Shown piece after piece: positions 45,885-54,472 of a stretch of DNA of 64,000 nt. Source of the stretch: an uncultured Erysipelotrichaceae bacterium (GTDB lineage Bacteria > Bacillota_I > Bacilli_A > RF39 > UBA660); assembly GCA_963535465.1 (NCBI GenBank), contig CAUSWF010000003.1, positions 38,112-102,111 on the forward strand. The letters are read 5' to 3'. Position 1 is the stretch's first letter, and each line of letters starts with the position of its first letter. Position numbers and translations under genes: made by a program. The notes beneath the pieces were generated by a model. That model was given only the letters and a program-made list of their open reading frames with translations. It did not search any database and was not told the DNA's origin.

Positions 45885-45975
45885 TATAAAAAGTGCACAT
45901 GAAAGTTGAATTTTAAGGCTGCTGTCTTCCAACTCTGACCTGGTTCAATCGCTTTCATTGCACGATTAAATTATA
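45885..45975 (-). ncRNA. ffs: Signal recognition particle RNA (small 4.5S-type), probable
   Basis: Minus strand reads GUGCAAUGAAAG-CGA-UUGAA-CCAGGUCAGAGUUGGAAGACAGCAGCC-UUAAAA-UUCAA-CUUUCAUGUGCAC. Closing helices pair, and the apical part carries the conserved domain-IV signature (CAGGUC...GGAAG...AGCAGC). Synteny with B. subtilis tadA-scr-dnaX. Confidence 0.5.
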
Positions 45976-46009
45976 TATTATTATCCTCAGTTTGTAAAAT
46001 TATTATTCA

Positions 46010-46027
46010 ATGTTTCACGTGAAACAT
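46010..46027. promoter_or_regulatory. parS site 1 (perfect palindrome ATGTTTCACGTGAAACAT)
   Basis: 16-bp core TGTTTCACGTGAAACA equals the ParB/Spo0J parS consensus. Confidence 0.8.
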
Positions 46028-46160
46028 AATATCTATACTGAGAATAGTACAAAAATAAATAAACATAATATCAATATTTTAATCACATCAAACTAAATTA
46101 CAAAATATCATAATAAATATAATTAAAATTTTAACCAAAATTAATTTTATCTCTTTTAAA

Positions 46161-46178
46161 TTATTTCCCGGGAAATAA
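46161..46178. promoter_or_regulatory. NBS-type site 1 (perfect palindrome TTATTTCCCGGGAAATAA)
   Basis: Core ATTTCCCGGGAAAT equals the B. subtilis Noc-binding-site consensus. The perfect palindrome extends to 24 bp (AAATTATTTCCCGGGAAATAATTT, 46158-46181). Confidence 0.75.
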
Positions 46179-46197
46179 TTTAAGTTATAAATAAAGA

Positions 46198-46215
46198 ATG
46201 TTTCACGTGAAACAT
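46198..46215. promoter_or_regulatory. parS site 2 (perfect)
   Basis: ATGTTTCACGTGAAACAT. The perfect palindrome extends to 22 bp (GAATGTTTCACGTGAAACATTC, 46196-46217). Confidence 0.8.
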
Positions 46216-46308
46216 TCAGTTTACCAAATTAAAATAAAAATAATTCAAAAATAAGTATAATATATAAATTAAAAATTGATATTATTCTAACGGTTATTAA
46301 TTATAAAA

Positions 46309-46326
46309 TTATTTCCCGGGAAATAA
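46309..46326. promoter_or_regulatory. NBS-type site 2 (perfect)
   Basis: TTATTTCCCGGGAAATAA. Perfect 24-bp palindrome at 46306-46329. Confidence 0.75.
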
Positions 46327-46401
46327 TTTTAATAATAATATAGAAAAAAATTAAAAAATAATAATATTTGAAATTATATATAATTTTATTAATCAATATA
46401 T

Positions 46402-46419
46402 ATGTTTCACGTGAAACAT
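46402..46419. promoter_or_regulatory. parS site 3 (perfect)
   Basis: ATGTTTCACGTGAAACAT. Confidence 0.8.
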
Positions 46420-46553
46420 TAAATCCATACTGAGAGTGGTATGAAAATAAGTAAACATAATATTAATATTTTAATAATATCAAACTAAATTATAAAATAT
46501 CATAAATAAATATGATTAAAATTTTAATCAAAATTAATTTTACCTTCTTTAAA

Positions 46554-46571
46554 TTATTTTCCAGGAAATAA
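46554..46571. promoter_or_regulatory. Degenerate NBS-type site (TTATTTTCCAGGAAATAA)
   Basis: Positional homolog of NBS site 1 in repeat unit 2. Two substitutions destroy the CCCGGG core and the symmetry. Confidence 0.5.
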
Positions 46572-46590
46572 TTTAAACTATAAATAAAGA

Positions 46591-46608
46591 ATGTTTCACG
46601 TGAAACAT
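46591..46608. promoter_or_regulatory. parS site 4 (perfect)
   Basis: ATGTTTCACGTGAAACAT, flanked GAATG...CATTC as in site 2. Confidence 0.8.
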
Positions 46609-46700
46609 TCTGTTTGCTAAATTAAAATAAAGATAATTTAAGAATAAGTATAATATAGAAATTAAAAATTGATATTATTCTGCAGTTATTAAGTATAAAA

Positions 46701-46718
46701 TTATTTCCCGGGAAATAA
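46701..46718. promoter_or_regulatory. NBS-type site 3 (perfect)
   Basis: TTATTTCCCGGGAAATAA. Confidence 0.75.
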
Positions 46719-46790
46719 TTTTAATAATAATATAGAAAATCTAAAAATAATAATAAATTGAAATTAATATAATTTAATTAATCGATATAT

Positions 46791-46808
46791 ATGTTTCACG
46801 TGAAACAT
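46791..46808. promoter_or_regulatory. parS site 5 (perfect)
   Basis: ATGTTTCACGTGAAACAT. Confidence 0.8.
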
Positions 46809-46882
46809 AGTAAGGTTATATAACAATAAAAATATATAAATTAAAGATTTAACATAATAGTTAATAACTGTATCTTATTAAA

Positions 46883-46900
46883 TTATTTCCCGGGAAATAA
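46883..46900. promoter_or_regulatory. NBS-type site 4 (perfect)
   Basis: TTATTTCCCGGGAAATAA. Confidence 0.75.
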
Positions 46901-46917
46901 TTTAATATAATAAAATA

Positions 46918-46935
46918 ATGTTTCACGTGAAACAT
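46918..46935. promoter_or_regulatory. parS site 6 (perfect)
   Basis: ATGTTTCACGTGAAACAT. Confidence 0.8.
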
Positions 46936-46985
46936 TATAAAAAATATTCACAACTGATAAAAAGACTTTAAAACATTAATATTAA

Positions 46986-47011
46986 ATAAAAAAATGAAGC
47001 CTACGCTTCAT
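46986..47011 (-). terminator. gyrA terminator overlapping the stop codon
   Basis: ATGAAGCctacGCTTCAT hairpin. On the minus strand it is followed by TTTTTTT. Confidence 0.55.
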
Positions 47012-49445
47012 TTTCTTCTAAATTTCCTTCATCTGAATCTTTATCAACAATGGTTACACTAGCTACTTTTTGAGAATCTTTAAGATTAATTAACTTAACA
47101 CCCTGTGTTGCTCTGCGTAATGTAGGAACTTGTTCTAATGGCATTCGTATAACTATACCACTATCAGTAACAATAACCATATCATAATCACCAGTAACAA
47201 CTGATTTCAATGATACCATCATTCCATTCTTATCAGTAACATTATATGCCTTAACTCCTTTACTACCTCTATGAGTTAATCTATATTCATCAATCGAACT
47301 GATTTTACCATATCCATTTTCAGTAACTATTAATATAGTATCAGAAGAAGTTATTGATTCAGAACCTACAACATATGACCCATCAAGATCAATTCCCTTA
47401 ACTCCAGAAGTATTTCTTCCCATTACTCTTACTTCATCTTCAAGGAATCGAACCATACGGCCATTACTTGCCCCAATAACTATTTCATTTTTTCCACAAG
47501 TCTTTTTAACACTAATTAATTCATCATTTTCTTTAAGAAGTATAGCTATCTTACCAGTTTTTCTAATACTTTCAAACTCTTCAATAGCAGTTCTCTTAAT
47601 ATTTCCATTCTTAGTAGTAAATACTAAATATTTAGTATCTTCATCATCTTTAGATATTTTCAATATCGAACTAATGTTTTCATCTTTATCTAATTGTAAC
47701 AGATTTATAATTGGTAAACCTTTAGATTGTCTAGAATATTCCGGTATCTCATATCCCTTCATTCTATATACTTTACCTTTATTAGAAAAGAATAATACAT
47801 AATCATGTGTTTTTAATGAAATTAATTTATCCACAAAGTCTTTTTCATTTGTAGTCATACCTTTAATTCCTACTCCACCTCTATTTTGTGACTTGTATGT
47901 ATTACTTAATAATCTCTTAATATAACCATTTGATGTTAATGTAATAATAGCATCATCATTTGGTATTAATGACTCATCTTCTATGTAATCTATAGCAGTC
48001 ATATCAATATGTGTCTTTCTATTATCACCATATCTAGATTTAATTTCTAATAATTCATTCTTAATAACTTCTAACACAGCTTTATCACTAGCTAAAATAG
48101 CCTTTAAAGAATCAATTAACTTCATTAAGTCATTTAATTCAGATTCAATCTTATCTCTCTCTAAGCCTGTTAAACGACGTAATTTCATTTCAAGAATTGC
48201 ATTAGCTTGTGCTTCAGTTAAATTAAACCTATTGATAAGACCATTTCTAGCCTCTTCATCACTTTTAGAAGCTCTGATTAATTTGACAACTTCATCAATA
48301 TTATCTAATGCTATCATCAGACCTTGTAATATATGAACTCTCTTTTCAGCTACATCTAAGTCAAACTTTGTTCTTCTTACAATAACTTCTCTTTGGAAAT
48401 CAATATATTTAGCAATAATTTCTTTTAAACCTAATATCTTAGGTGTACGTCCATCTATCATTAAGAATATTATTCCAAAATTTGTTTGAAATGACGTATG
48501 TTTATATAATTGATTTAAAATAACTTGAGGATTTGCATCTCTTTTTAGAGTAATAGTAATTTTAATACCATTCTTTAAATCAGTATGATAATCTGTTATA
48601 CCATCTATTATCTTGTTATGTACAAGATCTGCTACCTTATTTTTTAAATCCATTGAATTTATAGCATATGGTATTTCATCAATAATAATTACATTCTTAC
48701 CATTCTCTTCTTGTATTGTTGCCCTACTTCGTATTGTAATGCTTCCTCTACCAGTCTCATAAGCTTCTTTAATACCTTTATTACCAAGTATTATTCCTCC
48801 AGTAGGAAAATCAGGGCCTTTAATATATTGCATCAATTCTTCTAATGTAATATCTTGATTATCAATATATGCCACACATCCATCTATTACTTCACTTAGA
48901 TTATGAGGAGGAATATTAGTAGCCATACCAACAGCTATACCAGTTGTACCATTTACTAAAATATTAGGTATTCTAGAAGGTAAAACCTCAGGTTCTCTTT
49001 CAGATGCATCAAAGTTATCAATAAAATTAACTGTATCTTTATTAATATTTCGAAGCATTTCTAATGATATTTTAGAAAGTCTAGATTCAGTATAACGCAT
49101 TGCAGCTGCACCATAACCTTCTATATTACCAAAGTTACCATGTCCATCAACTAACATATATCTGAATGAGAAATCTTGAGCCATTCTAACCATAGCTTCA
49201 TATATAGAAGTATCTCCATGTGGGTGATATTTACCCATAACATCTCCGACAATTCTAGCACTCTTCTTATGAGGTTTATCAGGAGTATAACCAGATTCAT
49301 ACATTGAATATAATATTCTTCTATGAACCGGTTTTAAACCATCTCTTAAATCAGGTAAAGCACGTGAAACAATTACACTCATTGAATATTCCAAAAAGGA
49401 ATCTCTTACTTCTTTTACTATATTATTTGATTCTAATCTATCCAT
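47001..49445 (-). CDS. gyrA: DNA gyrase subunit A
   Basis: 814 aa. Active-site region AAMRYTE and the C-terminal beta-pinwheel repeats. Confidence 0.97.
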   Translation of the reverse strand: MDRLESNNIVKEVRDSFLEYSMSVIVSRALPDLRDGLKPVHRRILYSMYESGYTPDKPHKKSARIVGDVMGKYHPHGDTSIYEAMVRMAQDFSFRYMLVDGHGNFGNIEGYGAAAMRYTESRLSKISLEMLRNINKDTVNFIDNFDASEREPEVLPSRIPNILVNGTTGIAVGMATNIPPHNLSEVIDGCVAYIDNQDITLEELMQYIKGPDFPTGGIILGNKGIKEAYETGRGSITIRSRATIQEENGKNVIIIDEIPYAINSMDLKNKVADLVHNKIIDGITDYHTDLKNGIKITITLKRDANPQVILNQLYKHTSFQTNFGIIFLMIDGRTPKILGLKEIIAKYIDFQREVIVRRTKFDLDVAEKRVHILQGLMIALDNIDEVVKLIRASKSDEEARNGLINRFNLTEAQANAILEMKLRRLTGLERDKIESELNDLMKLIDSLKAILASDKAVLEVIKNELLEIKSRYGDNRKTHIDMTAIDYIEDESLIPNDDAIITLTSNGYIKRLLSNTYKSQNRGGVGIKGMTTNEKDFVDKLISLKTHDYVLFFSNKGKVYRMKGYEIPEYSRQSKGLPIINLLQLDKDENISSILKISKDDEDTKYLVFTTKNGNIKRTAIEEFESIRKTGKIAILLKENDELISVKKTCGKNEIVIGASNGRMVRFLEDEVRVMGRNTSGVKGIDLDGSYVVGSESITSSDTILIVTENGYGKISSIDEYRLTHRGSKGVKAYNVTDKNGMMVSLKSVVTGDYDMVIVTDSGIVIRMPLEQVPTLRRATQGVKLINLKDSQKVASVTIVDKDSDEGNLEENEA

Positions 49446-49455
49446 AATTCACCTT

Positions 49456-51384
49456 CTATACGTCCAAATTCTTAACAAATACAGCATTTTGCTCAATAAA
49501 TTCTCTTCTAGGTGCAACTTCCTCACCCATTAACTGAGAAAATGCATCATCTGCTGCTATGGTATCTTCTACTGTTATCTTTCTAAGGACTCTAGTATTA
49601 ATATCCATAGTTGTTTCATTTAATTCTTCCGCATCCATTTCTCCTAAACCTTTCATTCTAGCTACATCATACTTTGTATTTGGAGAAAGTGTTGCTAAAT
49701 ATTCATCACGTTCTGATTCATTTAAAACATATTTTATAGTTTTACCATGTTTTATACAAAAAAGTGGTGGTTGTGCTGCATAGACATATCCTCCTTCTAC
49801 TAGAGGTTTAAAAAATCTATAAAATAGAGTTAATAATAGTACTCTAATATGTGCACCATCTACATCAGCATCTGTCATAATTATTATTTTATGATATCTT
49901 AACTTAGTAATATCAAATTCTTTATCAATACCAGTACCAAACGCTGTAATCATTGTTCTAATTTCTTCATTTGATAATGCTCTATCAAGTCTTGCCTTCT
50001 CAACATTCAATATTTTACCTCTTAAAGGTAATATTGCTTGAGTTATAGAATTTCTTCCTTTTACTGCTGATCCACCGGCAGAATCACCCTCGACTATAAA
50101 TATTTCAGAAATACTAGCATCTTTACTCTTACAATCAGACAACTTTCCATATGTATTTATAACATCTAAATCACCTTTACGACGAGTTAATTCTCTTGCT
50201 TTTTTCGCAGCTATTCTAGCTCTACCAGCAGTAAGTGCTTTTTCTACAACTGTTTTTGCTTCATCAGGATGTTCTAATAAAAATCTTTCTAATGATTCAG
50301 CAAAAATTTTATCCGCAATACCTCTAACTTCACTATTTCCTAATTTAGTCTTAGTTTGTCCTTCAAATTGTGGATTCGGATGTTTAGCAGAAATAATCAT
50401 TACTAATCCTTCTTGCACATCATCCCCTGTCATATTTTCATCTTTATCTTTTAATAAATTACTAGATCTAGCATATTTATTTAAAACTCTAACTAAAGCT
50501 CTTTTAACTCCATCCTCATGAGTTCCACCTTCTGGTGTAATAATATTATTAACAAAAGAATATATACTTGAATTATATGATTCATTATATTGAAAAGCTA
50601 TTTCTACAGATATATCTTTATCTCTTCCAGCTATATCAACTACTGTAGTATGTATTGGTTTTTTAGATTTGTTTAACATATTAACATATTCAACTAATCC
50701 ACCTTCATACATATAAGTATTAGTCTTATCAACTTCTCGTTCATCAGTTATAGTTATTCTTAAACCTTTATTTAAAAATGCTAACTCTTGTAATCTTGTT
50801 TTTAAAATATCATAGTCAAAAACTACTGTATCTGTAAATATGTTAGGATCTGGTTTGAAAGTTACTTCAGTACCTGTTTCTTCTATATTACAACTTCCAA
50901 TAATCTCTAAAGGTTTTTCAGTATGTCCACCATTAGAAAACTTAATATAATAAATTTTTCCGTTCTTATAAACCTTTACTTCTACCCAATCACTTAATGC
51001 ATTAACTACACTAGCTCCTACTCCGTGTAATCCACCAGAAACTTTATATCCGCCTCCGCCAAATTTACCTCCAGCGTGAAGTACAGTATAAACAGTTTCT
51101 ACAGTGCTTTTATTGGTTTTTGGATGTAAATCAACTGGAATTCCACGTCCATTATCTCTAACAGTAATGCTATTGTCTTTATGAACAACTACTTCTATAT
51201 GATTACAATAACCTGCTAATGCTTCATCTATTGCATTATCAACTATTTCCCACACTAAATGATGTAATCCTCTTGAACTAGTTGTACCAATGTACATTCC
51301 TGGTCTTTTTCTAACTGCTTCTAATCCTTCCAACACTTGAATTGATGAGGAATCATAATTACCTTTTACTTTTTCATCTTCCAT
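49456..51384 (-). CDS. gyrB: DNA gyrase subunit B
   Basis: 642 aa. GHKL ATPase ([22 protein letters not shown]), Toprim EGDSAGG and PLRGKILN motifs. Confidence 0.97.
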   Translation of the reverse strand: MEDEKVKGNYDSSSIQVLEGLEAVRKRPGMYIGTTSSRGLHHLVWEIVDNAIDEALAGYCNHIEVVVHKDNSITVRDNGRGIPVDLHPKTNKSTVETVYTVLHAGGKFGGGGYKVSGGLHGVGASVVNALSDWVEVKVYKNGKIYYIKFSNGGHTEKPLEIIGSCNIEETGTEVTFKPDPNIFTDTVVFDYDILKTRLQELAFLNKGLRITITDEREVDKTNTYMYEGGLVEYVNMLNKSKKPIHTTVVDIAGRDKDISVEIAFQYNESYNSSIYSFVNNIITPEGGTHEDGVKRALVRVLNKYARSSNLLKDKDENMTGDDVQEGLVMIISAKHPNPQFEGQTKTKLGNSEVRGIADKIFAESLERFLLEHPDEAKTVVEKALTAGRARIAAKKARELTRRKGDLDVINTYGKLSDCKSKDASISEIFIVEGDSAGGSAVKGRNSITQAILPLRGKILNVEKARLDRALSNEEIRTMITAFGTGIDKEFDITKLRYHKIIIMTDADVDGAHIRVLLLTLFYRFFKPLVEGGYVYAAQPPLFCIKHGKTIKYVLNESERDEYLATLSPNTKYDVARMKGLGEMDAEELNETTMDINTRVLRKITVEDTIAADDAFSQLMGEEVAPRREFIEQNAVFVKNLDV

Positions 51385-51391
51385 TATTTAC

Positions 51392-52504
51392 CTACTTTCC
51401 TACTATATTTCCATTTTTCACTTGATAAATATAAGTATTTTCTAAATTTTTTCTATTTATATTTTTGATATCGGTTGTTGTTAAAATACTTTGTAAATTT
51501 TCATTACTAATAAGTTTAAGCAACAAATTTCTCTTTTTTATATCTAATTCACTAAATATATCATCTAATAATAATATAGGAGTTGTATTAGTATATTCTT
51601 TAAATATAAATATTTCTGATAATTTAAATGCAATGATAGACATCTTTTGCTGTCCTTGTGAACCAAATAGCCCTAAATCTATATCATTAAGTAATATAGA
51701 AAAATCATCTCTATGCGGTCCAATATTAGTAGTTCCATACTTCAAATCTCTATCAAAACTCTTATCAAATTCATATTTTAAACTTTTTTTAATAGAATCA
51801 TCATCATTATTGATTATATTGATAGAAGGAATATAATTGATTAATATTTTTTTTTCATTAGTTAATTTATAATAATAGTTATTTATATTTAAATTAACTT
51901 TTTCTAAATATTCTTTCCTTTTCTTATATAAAATAACTGCATTTTCTATTAATTTATCAGTTAAAATATCTAAATATTTCTTATCTGCTAATCCATTACC
52001 ATACATTACTTTTAAATATTCATTTCTTGTTTTTAACAATTTATTATATTTTGTCAAAGCAATTAAATATGACTTTGATATTTGAGATAACTGTATATTG
52101 AGCAAATTACGTCTAATTGATGGTGATCCTTTAACTATATTTAAATCATCTGGAGTAAAATAAATAATATTTAAATATGATAAATAATCAATTGCTTTTC
52201 TTATTTGAGTTTTATTTATAAACATATTTTTATTTTTTTCATCTATTTCTATTGATATTTTATTAATTATTTTATTATTATCAATAACTCCACTAACTTT
52301 AGCTAATTTTTTATTAAATTTAATAAGATTCATATTTATATTATCTCTATAAGACTTAGTTAAAGCTAAAATTACTATAGATTCTAATATATTTGTCTTA
52401 CCAGAAGCATTATCTCCTATAAATATATTTAAATTCTTACAAAATTTAATTTCAATTTTAGTATAATTTCTAAAATTAACAAGATTTAATTTTTTTAAAA
52501 TCAT
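51392..52504 (-). CDS. recF: DNA replication and repair protein RecF
   Basis: 370 aa. Walker A GDNASGKTN, ABC signature region and Walker B LLLDDIFSELD. Confidence 0.9.
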   Translation of the reverse strand: MILKKLNLVNFRNYTKIEIKFCKNLNIFIGDNASGKTNILESIVILALTKSYRDNINMNLIKFNKKLAKVSGVIDNNKIINKISIEIDEKNKNMFINKTQIRKAIDYLSYLNIIYFTPDDLNIVKGSPSIRRNLLNIQLSQISKSYLIALTKYNKLLKTRNEYLKVMYGNGLADKKYLDILTDKLIENAVILYKKRKEYLEKVNLNINNYYYKLTNEKKILINYIPSINIINNDDDSIKKSLKYEFDKSFDRDLKYGTTNIGPHRDDFSILLNDIDLGLFGSQGQQKMSIIAFKLSEIFIFKEYTNTTPILLLDDIFSELDIKKRNLLLKLISNENLQSILTTTDIKNINRKNLENTYIYQVKNGNIVGK

Positions 52505-52621
52505 TTAAAAGTTATAAAATCCCATTCTAAATCACCTATCCCCTATCATAGTGCTCCTATACATACAATGATATTATACCATAATTTAGCCTTTATTTGC
52601 ACTATTTATGAAAAAAAGTAG

Positions 52622-53086
52622 CTAATTGCTACTTCTTTTATAGTTTTCTATTCTTGTTCTCATAATTAAGTCTAATCTTGATGCTCTATTGACTTGATTT
52701 TCTATAGATCTAAAGCTACATGGAACTATTAATTCCTTACCATTATCAAAATAAATTATAGTGTTTATAGCGTCAATTTTTTTAAAAGATTTAATTCTTT
52801 TTAAATTAATCCATATACAATCATCGGAAAAAGGCGAAGTTGTAGGAAAAACTATCAAATTATCTCTATCTTGTACTATTATAGGTACTTTATATTCTGC
52901 ACCTAACATTGCTTTTGCACTCTCCTTTCTTCCCGCATAAGTACTTCCAAAATATCTACAAGAATCTTCCATAATTTGATATGGTTTTTCTGAAATCATA
53001 TATCTAGTATCATCTTCATAAACCAAACTTGAATTATTATCTGTTGGAACTATTGCTAAAGTCCCATTATTAATTTCATATTTCAT
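52622..53086 (-). CDS. comK: Competence transcription factor ComK-family protein
   Basis: 154 aa. Colinear with the B. subtilis ComK core (IMEDSCRYFGSTYAGRK vs IVDRSCRFFGSSYAGRK, PIIVQDRDNLIVFPTTS vs PIMVDPSNQIFLFPTLS, FENQVNRASRL vs FENQVYRTAWL). Confidence 0.8.
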   Translation of the reverse strand: MKYEINNGTLAIVPTDNNSSLVYEDDTRYMISEKPYQIMEDSCRYFGSTYAGRKESAKAMLGAEYKVPIIVQDRDNLIVFPTTSPFSDDCIWINLKRIKSFKKIDAINTIIYFDNGKELIVPCSFRSIENQVNRASRLDLIMRTRIENYKRSSN

Positions 53087-53148
53087 CGATTACCCCCTTA
53101 TAAAATCTAGAAAATGCGCATTTCCAACAAAAGAATAACATATTAGAT

Positions 53149-53178
53149 TGTCGAAAACTGTCGATTTTTGTCGATTTT
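53149..53178. promoter_or_regulatory. Three direct TGTCGA repeats at exact 10-bp phasing upstream of comK
   Basis: TGTCGAaaacTGTCGAttttTGTCGAtttt at 53149, 53159 and 53169, lying 63-92 nt upstream of the comK start codon. Candidate operator. Confidence 0.3.
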
Positions 53179-53179
53179 A

Positions 53180-53217
53180 AATAAAAAAATAAAAATATCA
53201 ACAAAATTTGTTGATAT
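53180..53217 (-). terminator. dnaN rho-independent terminator
   Basis: Inverted repeat ATATCAACAAAaTTTGTTGATAT (53195-53217). On the minus strand it is followed by TTTATTTTTTTATTT. Confidence 0.55.
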
Positions 53218-53226
53218 TTTTAATAA

Positions 53227-54348
53227 TTACCAAGTTCTTATAGGTAATACTAATTGTGTTAATGTTGAATCTTCTGTTGATTTTATTAATATTGGTTTAA
53301 CTTCCCCAACAAAATGAATATCCACAGTTTCTGTTGAAAATGTTTTTAAAGCATCCATCATATATCTAGCACTAAAAGATATTTTAATATTTTGATCATT
53401 ATTTTTTGATACTTTCATTTTTTCTTCTACTTTACCAACTTCTAATGAACTACTCTTTAATATTAATAAATTATCATTAGTTTCTAAAGTAACAATATTT
53501 TTTTCTTTATCACTTGTAAGAATAGATACCCTATCAATAACATCATATAAATCATTTAAATTAGCTGTAACTATTAAAGCCGAATCTTCTGGCAATAAAT
53601 TTGATGTATTTGGATATGTTCCATTAATTAATCTTGATTGAAATTTTAAATTACCATACTTAAATAATATTTTATTACTAAAAATATGTAATTCCAATTC
53701 CTTATCATCATTTATTATTTTCGCAAATTCACTAATATTATGACTAGGAACTACAATATTATAATTTTCATCACTTACTTTTTCTAATTTAACAACTTTT
53801 CTCGCTAATCTATATGAATCTGTAGAATTACATTCTAATATATCCCCTACTATATTTAAATTAATACCAGTTAAAACAGGTTTCGTTTCTTCTGTAGAAG
53901 CTGCAAAAGCTGTTTGATTAACTAAATCTCTAAAAATATATGAATTTATTGATACTTTTTTCTTAGATTCATCTAAATCAATACTAGGATATTCTGATTC
54001 ATTTATACCATTTAAATTAAATTCACTATTTTCTGTAAATATAATAATTTTAGAATCGTCTAAGACTTCTATATTTAAAAACTTATCTGATAATTTTCTT
54101 ACTATATCTAATATATATTTACCTTGAATAATAATACTACCTTCTTCATCTATAATAAAATCATCGTTTAATGCTTCTATAAATGTTTGTATAGTAATAT
54201 CATTATCACTTGCTGTTAAAGTTAATTTATTCTTTTTTACTTCAAATTTTATTCCTGATAAACTAGGTATTAAGTTTTTAGTAGAAATAGCCTTTGATAC
54301 TTTATTTAATGCCTCTAATAATAATTCTCTTTTTATTTGTATTTTCAT
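53227..54348 (-). CDS. dnaN: DNA polymerase III beta sliding clamp
   Basis: 373 aa with three-domain beta-clamp topology. Conserved dnaA-dnaN order. Confidence 0.95.
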   Translation of the reverse strand: MKIQIKRELLLEALNKVSKAISTKNLIPSLSGIKFEVKKNKLTLTASDNDITIQTFIEALNDDFIIDEEGSIIIQGKYILDIVRKLSDKFLNIEVLDDSKIIIFTENSEFNLNGINESEYPSIDLDESKKKVSINSYIFRDLVNQTAFAASTEETKPVLTGINLNIVGDILECNSTDSYRLARKVVKLEKVSDENYNIVVPSHNISEFAKIINDDKELELHIFSNKILFKYGNLKFQSRLINGTYPNTSNLLPEDSALIVTANLNDLYDVIDRVSILTSDKEKNIVTLETNDNLLILKSSSLEVGKVEEKMKVSKNNDQNIKISFSARYMMDALKTFSTETVDIHFVGEVKPILIKSTEDSTLTQLVLPIRTW

Positions 54349-54384
54349 ATTCTTTCCTTCTTTCTATTTATAATATTATTAATA

Positions 54385-54465
54385 TATCTTGTGGAAACTG
54401 TTAATAACTTTGTTTTTTCCTTTTATAATATAGTTTTTAGCTTGTTAAAAAGCTGTGAATAACTT
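54385..54465. promoter_or_regulatory. oriC part (DnaA boxes between dnaA and dnaN)
   Basis: TGTGGAAA (54390-54397) and TGTGAATAA (54454-54462) are the reverse complements of TTTCCACA and TTATTCACA DnaA-box variants. Confidence 0.5.
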
Positions 54466-54472
54466 AGAAGTT

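Larger units (their letters stand above)
46001..46940. repeat. Tandem direct repeat (about 392-bp unit, 2.4 copies) carrying alternating parS and Noc-binding-site palindromes
   Basis: Unit 1 at 46010-46401 and unit 2 at 46402-46790 are about 85-90% identical with small indels. A partial unit 3 spans 46791-46940. No ORF is present. The repeat is very AT-rich apart from the GC cores of the palindromes. Confidence 0.85.

Noticed and set aside
45875-45958. N-terminal 28-codon extension of the tadA ORF (MKAIEPGQSWKTAALKFNFHVHFLYGDN)
   Set aside because: An internal Met with a GGAGA RBS gives a normal-length TadA. The extension coincides with a structured SRP-RNA-like sequence and is probably not translated.
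46001-46940. Repeat array considered as a CRISPR array
   Set aside because: The repeats are two different alternating palindromes with irregular spacers of 19-152 bp, embedded in a 392-bp higher-order tandem repeat. No cas genes or leader are present. The motifs match parS and NBS consensus sequences exactly.
46001-46940. Repeat array considered as oriC or as a mobile-element or plasmid remnant
   Set aside because: DnaA boxes are absent here and cluster instead around dnaA at 54390-56149. No transposase, integrase or rep ORFs are present, and no terminal inverted repeats flank the region.
49361-49371. Half-parS (CACGTGAAACA) inside gyrA, and a chimeric CACGTGAAATA inside the noc-like gene (62393-62403)
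   Set aside because: Only one arm matches. The left arms (AAAG / CAAC) do not, so they are not counted as binding sites, though weak ParB or Noc binding cannot be excluded.
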